64,000 bases of DNA, from contig CAVQSS010000012.1 in assembly GCA_963716045.1 (NCBI GenBank), positions 66,482 to 130,481 of the forward strand. Direction: 5' to 3'. Made by a program: the position numbers and the translations under genes. The notes under the pieces were generated by a model. That model ran no database searches. It had not been told where the DNA came from and worked only from the letters and a program-made list of their open reading frames with translations. This DNA is from an uncultured delta proteobacterium. GTDB taxonomy: Bacteria; Desulfobacterota; RBG-13-43-22. Positions within the stretch are counted from its first letter, which is position 1; each line of letters starts with the position of its first letter. This document shows, one piece after another, positions 61,732 through 64,000 of this stretch.

Positions 61732-62895
61732 TTACTTATTCGCTTTCCGGATGCCCAACTGATCCAGGGCCACAATCCATTTGCAGATATTGGCCGAGCC
61801 TTCCACCATGAAGTAGGTGGGGGCATCCCGGTAATAGCGGGCCACCGGGTATTCGGTGGAATAGCCGTAGGCCCCTAAAATCCTCAGGGCGAAATTGGAG
61901 GCCTTGTTGACCACCTCGCCGGCGAAGTATTTGGCCATGGCCACTTCCAGGTTGTTGTTCAGGTTCCCTTGATCCTTCTGCCAGGCGGCCTTGTAAACCA
62001 GCAACCGGGCGGCTTCAATCTCCACGGCCATCTGGGCCACCATATCCTGGTTCATCTGAAACTGACCGATGGGCTTTCCAAACTGTTCCCGCTCGTTGCA
62101 ATACTTGGTCACGCTGTCCAGGCAGGCCTGGGCCAGCCCCACGCCGCCGGCGGCGGCCGAGAGCCGAGTCTGATTCAGGGAACCAAAGACGATCTTGGCC
62201 CCGTCCCCGGGCTTGCCAAGGATGTTTTCCTTGGGAACCCGGGTGTCTTCCAGGTAAAGCTCACCGGTAGGCGAAGAGCGGGAACCCAGCTTGTCCAGAT
62301 CGGTGGTGGAAATCCCGTTAAAATTTCTCGGTTCGATGACAAAGGCCGAAAGTCCCCGGCCTCCCGCCGAACGGTCGGTGTAAGCATAGTAAATCAGCAC
62401 ATCGGCGATGCTGGCGTTGGAGATCCAGGTCTTGGACCCGTTGATCAGCCAGTGATCCCCTTTGTCCTCGGCCGTGGATTTCATGGACATGACGTCTGAT
62501 CCGGCGTTGGGCTCGGTGATTCCGAACCCGCCCAGGGTTTCGGCGTTGACCAGTTTGGCGATGTATTTTTGTTTGAGTTCCTCGCTCCCGTAACGAAAGA
62601 TAGTAAAGGCGCAGCCCAGGGCCAGCATATTGATCTGGACCCGCAGGGAACTGGAGGCCCGGGCGATCTCCTCGGTCAAGATCATGGCCGCCAGCCAGCC
62701 CATGTTGTTTCCGCCATATTCCTCAGGGATCACCGTCCCGAAAAATCCCAGTTCGCCCATGGGCTTGATGACTTCCTGATAGGGAAAATAATGGTCCATA
62801 TCCCACTTGTCGGCAAAGGGGGCAATCTTTTCGGCCCCAAAATCGCGGGCCATTTCCCGTACCGCTTGCAATTCTTCCGATAATTCAAAATCCAT
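61732..62895 (-). CDS. Acyl-CoA dehydrogenase resembling the non-decarboxylating glutaryl-CoA dehydrogenase of anaerobic Desulfobacterota
   Basis: 387 aa from the ATG at 62895 (AAGGAG RBS). The track ORF to 63090 is an artefactual extension. The sequence is an ACAD fold throughout and closely resembles my recollection of the Desulfococcus-type GDH (MDF.LS.EL..., GFGITEP.AGSDV..., YGYSTEYPVAR.YRDAPTY.MVEGSANICK). Confidence 0.8.
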   Translation of the reverse strand: MDFELSEELQAVREMARDFGAEKIAPFADKWDMDHYFPYQEVIKPMGELGFFGTVIPEEYGGNNMGWLAAMILTEEIARASSSLRVQINMLALGCAFTIFRYGSEELKQKYIAKLVNAETLGGFGITEPNAGSDVMSMKSTAEDKGDHWLINGSKTWISNASIADVLIYYAYTDRSAGGRGLSAFVIEPRNFNGISTTDLDKLGSRSSPTGELYLEDTRVPKENILGKPGDGAKIVFGSLNQTRLSAAAGGVGLAQACLDSVTKYCNEREQFGKPIGQFQMNQDMVAQMAVEIEAARLLVYKAAWQKDQGNLNNNLEVAMAKYFAGEVVNKASNFALRILGAYGYSTEYPVARYYRDAPTYFMVEGSANICKWIVALDQLGIRKANK

Positions 62896-62906
62896 GATAA
62901 TTCTCC

Positions 62907-63695
62907 TTAATCTAAAATGATATTCTTCGAAACAATCATACGCTGGATCTGGTTGCTGCCGTCGAAGATCTGGATCGCTTTGGCGTCGCGCATCAGGCGT
63001 TCCACCGGGCAGCCCTTGAGAACCCCGGCCCCGCCGAAGATTTGAACGGCATCGATGGTCACCTTCATGGCCATGTCGGAGGCATAGCACTTGGACATGG
63101 AAACCAGGGTTTCAATATCCCGGAAGGTGCCCTCCCCGGCATCGATCAAACCGGCAGTCCGGTAAATCATTGACTTGGTGGCCTCGATAGCCATCTTCAT
63201 GTCGGCCAGCATGAACCGGAGACTTTGGAAAGAAGCGATTTTTCGTTTAAATTGAGTCCTTTTTTTTGCAAATTCCAGGGCGGCCTCGTAAGCCCCTTCG
63301 GCAATTCCCAAAGCCATGGAAGCGGCTCCCCAGACCCTCATGGGGTTGGAGTGCCGGGAAAGGATAGTCCACCCCTGCCCCTCGGAAAGGAGCAGATTCT
63401 CCTTGGGTACCCGGGCATCCGTCAAGATCATCTCCGAAGTGACCGATCCCCCCAGTCCCATTTTGCGTTCATTCTTCCCGAAAGATAATCCCGGCGTATC
63501 GCGCGGGATAATGAGGGCACTGATGCCGGCTGTCCGTTTCCCGGGTCCGGTCCGGACAAAGACCAGGTAAAAATGGGCGTGAGGGCCTTGGGTAATGTAG
63601 ATCTTGGATCCGTTAACCACATAGGTACCATCTTCCAGTTCGCCCGGGTCTGCAGGGACCCGGCATCGGAGCCGAAGTTGGGCTCGGTCAGACAA
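62907..63695 (-). CDS. Acyl-CoA dehydrogenase, C-terminal two-thirds (frame disrupted near 63640)
   Basis: ELEDGTYVVNGSKIYITQG...GLGGSVTSEMIL...FQSLRFMLADM...IQIFGGAGVLKGCPVERLMRDAKAIQIFDGSNQIQ is a typical ACAD middle and C-terminal domain. Confidence 0.85.
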   Translation of the reverse strand: MSDRAQLRLRCRVPADPGELEDGTYVVNGSKIYITQGPHAHFYLVFVRTGPGKRTAGISALIIPRDTPGLSFGKNERKMGLGGSVTSEMILTDARVPKENLLLSEGQGWTILSRHSNPMRVWGAASMALGIAEGAYEAALEFAKKRTQFKRKIASFQSLRFMLADMKMAIEATKSMIYRTAGLIDAGEGTFRDIETLVSMSKCYASDMAMKVTIDAVQIFGGAGVLKGCPVERLMRDAKAIQIFDGSNQIQRMIVSKNIILD

Positions 63696-64000
63696 AAGGC
63701 GGCCAGTTTGTCTCCAGCCGACATATCAGAAAAAAAGCGTTGTTTTTGCTCTTCCGTGCCCACTTCCCGGATGGTCCGGATCACGGCCTGGGTCGGAAAA
63801 ACCAGAAGGGCCGAAGCCGGGGAGGACTTGGAGATCTCCTCAATAACCAGACAGAGGGTAGTGGCATCCGCTCGTATCCCGCCGTATTCCCTGGGAAGGG
63901 ACAGCTTGAGCAGACCGGTCTCCTTAAAGGCCTGGTAGCTTTCCTGGGGAAATTCGTCCCGGGCGTCGATTTCCGCCGCCCGGGGGGCGATCCGCTCCGC
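63640..64000 (-). pseudogene. N-terminal part of the same acyl-CoA dehydrogenase in a different frame, continuing beyond the window
   Basis: The minus frame is open from nt 64000: AERIAPRAAEIDARDEFPQESYQAFKETGLLKLSLPREYGG...VIRTIREVGTEEQKQRFFSDMSAGDKLAAFCLTEPNFGSDAGSLQTRA. Homology then jumps frame. Confidence 0.8.

Noticed and set aside
61732-63090. N-terminal extensions of track ORFs: 61732-63090, 18342-19112, 46324-47295, 49600-50163, 58550-59539, 37082-37591, 31028-32389 and 25038-26372.
   Set aside because: In each case an internal start with a good RBS begins the recognisable protein. The extension runs through repeat or neighbouring-gene sequence and has implausible composition.
1-64000. 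A search for tRNA, rRNA, tmRNA or RNase P genes and for transposase or integrase genes.
   Set aside because: I saw no cloverleaf-compatible segments or conserved rRNA or RNase P blocks. The only mobile-element protein is the group II intron RT.

Overview
The window is chromosomal DNA from a GC-rich anaerobe. The gene content points to Desulfobacterota (Desulfobacterales/Syntrophales type), but that placement is inference. About 55 protein genes are supported.

Main gene groups, left to right:
- A split B12-dependent acyl-CoA mutase with its MeaB chaperone.
- A lower-GC island with two large secreted beta-sandwich/FN3 proteins, followed by an intergenic group II intron.
- A 13-gene co-directional minus-strand string: GntR regulator, MmsA, an FAD/FeS dehydrogenase pair, LivKHMGF, an exported protein, a corrinoid protein and an MtaA-like methyltransferase.
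- A plus-strand redox cluster: ferredoxin, degenerate AOR-like protein, hexaheme cytochrome c, cytochrome b, a heptaheme-c/NarI-like fusion and an HdrD-like protein.
- An accessory island with phd-vapC, hicAB, a relE remnant and three lower-GC orphan ORFs. Two attC-like palindromes separate these ORFs, giving an integron-cassette-like layout with no integrase in the window.
- An NitT/TauT-type ABC transporter, a radical-SAM/GNAT fusion, FabH, an SDR and an MCP.
- Two tandem secreted papain-like proteases, each fused to a chagasin-type inhibitor domain.
- GcdA, a glutaryl-CoA dehydrogenase-like ACAD and a second ACAD.

Intergenic spacers, including spacers inside operons, are packed with several families of short palindromic repeats. 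One hairpin family shows compensatory base changes between its two copies.

At least three genes carry single-nucleotide frame disruptions: the mutase large subunit, the HdrD-like gene and the terminal ACAD. These are either assembly indels or real pseudogenisation.

I found no rRNA, tRNA or CRISPR array.
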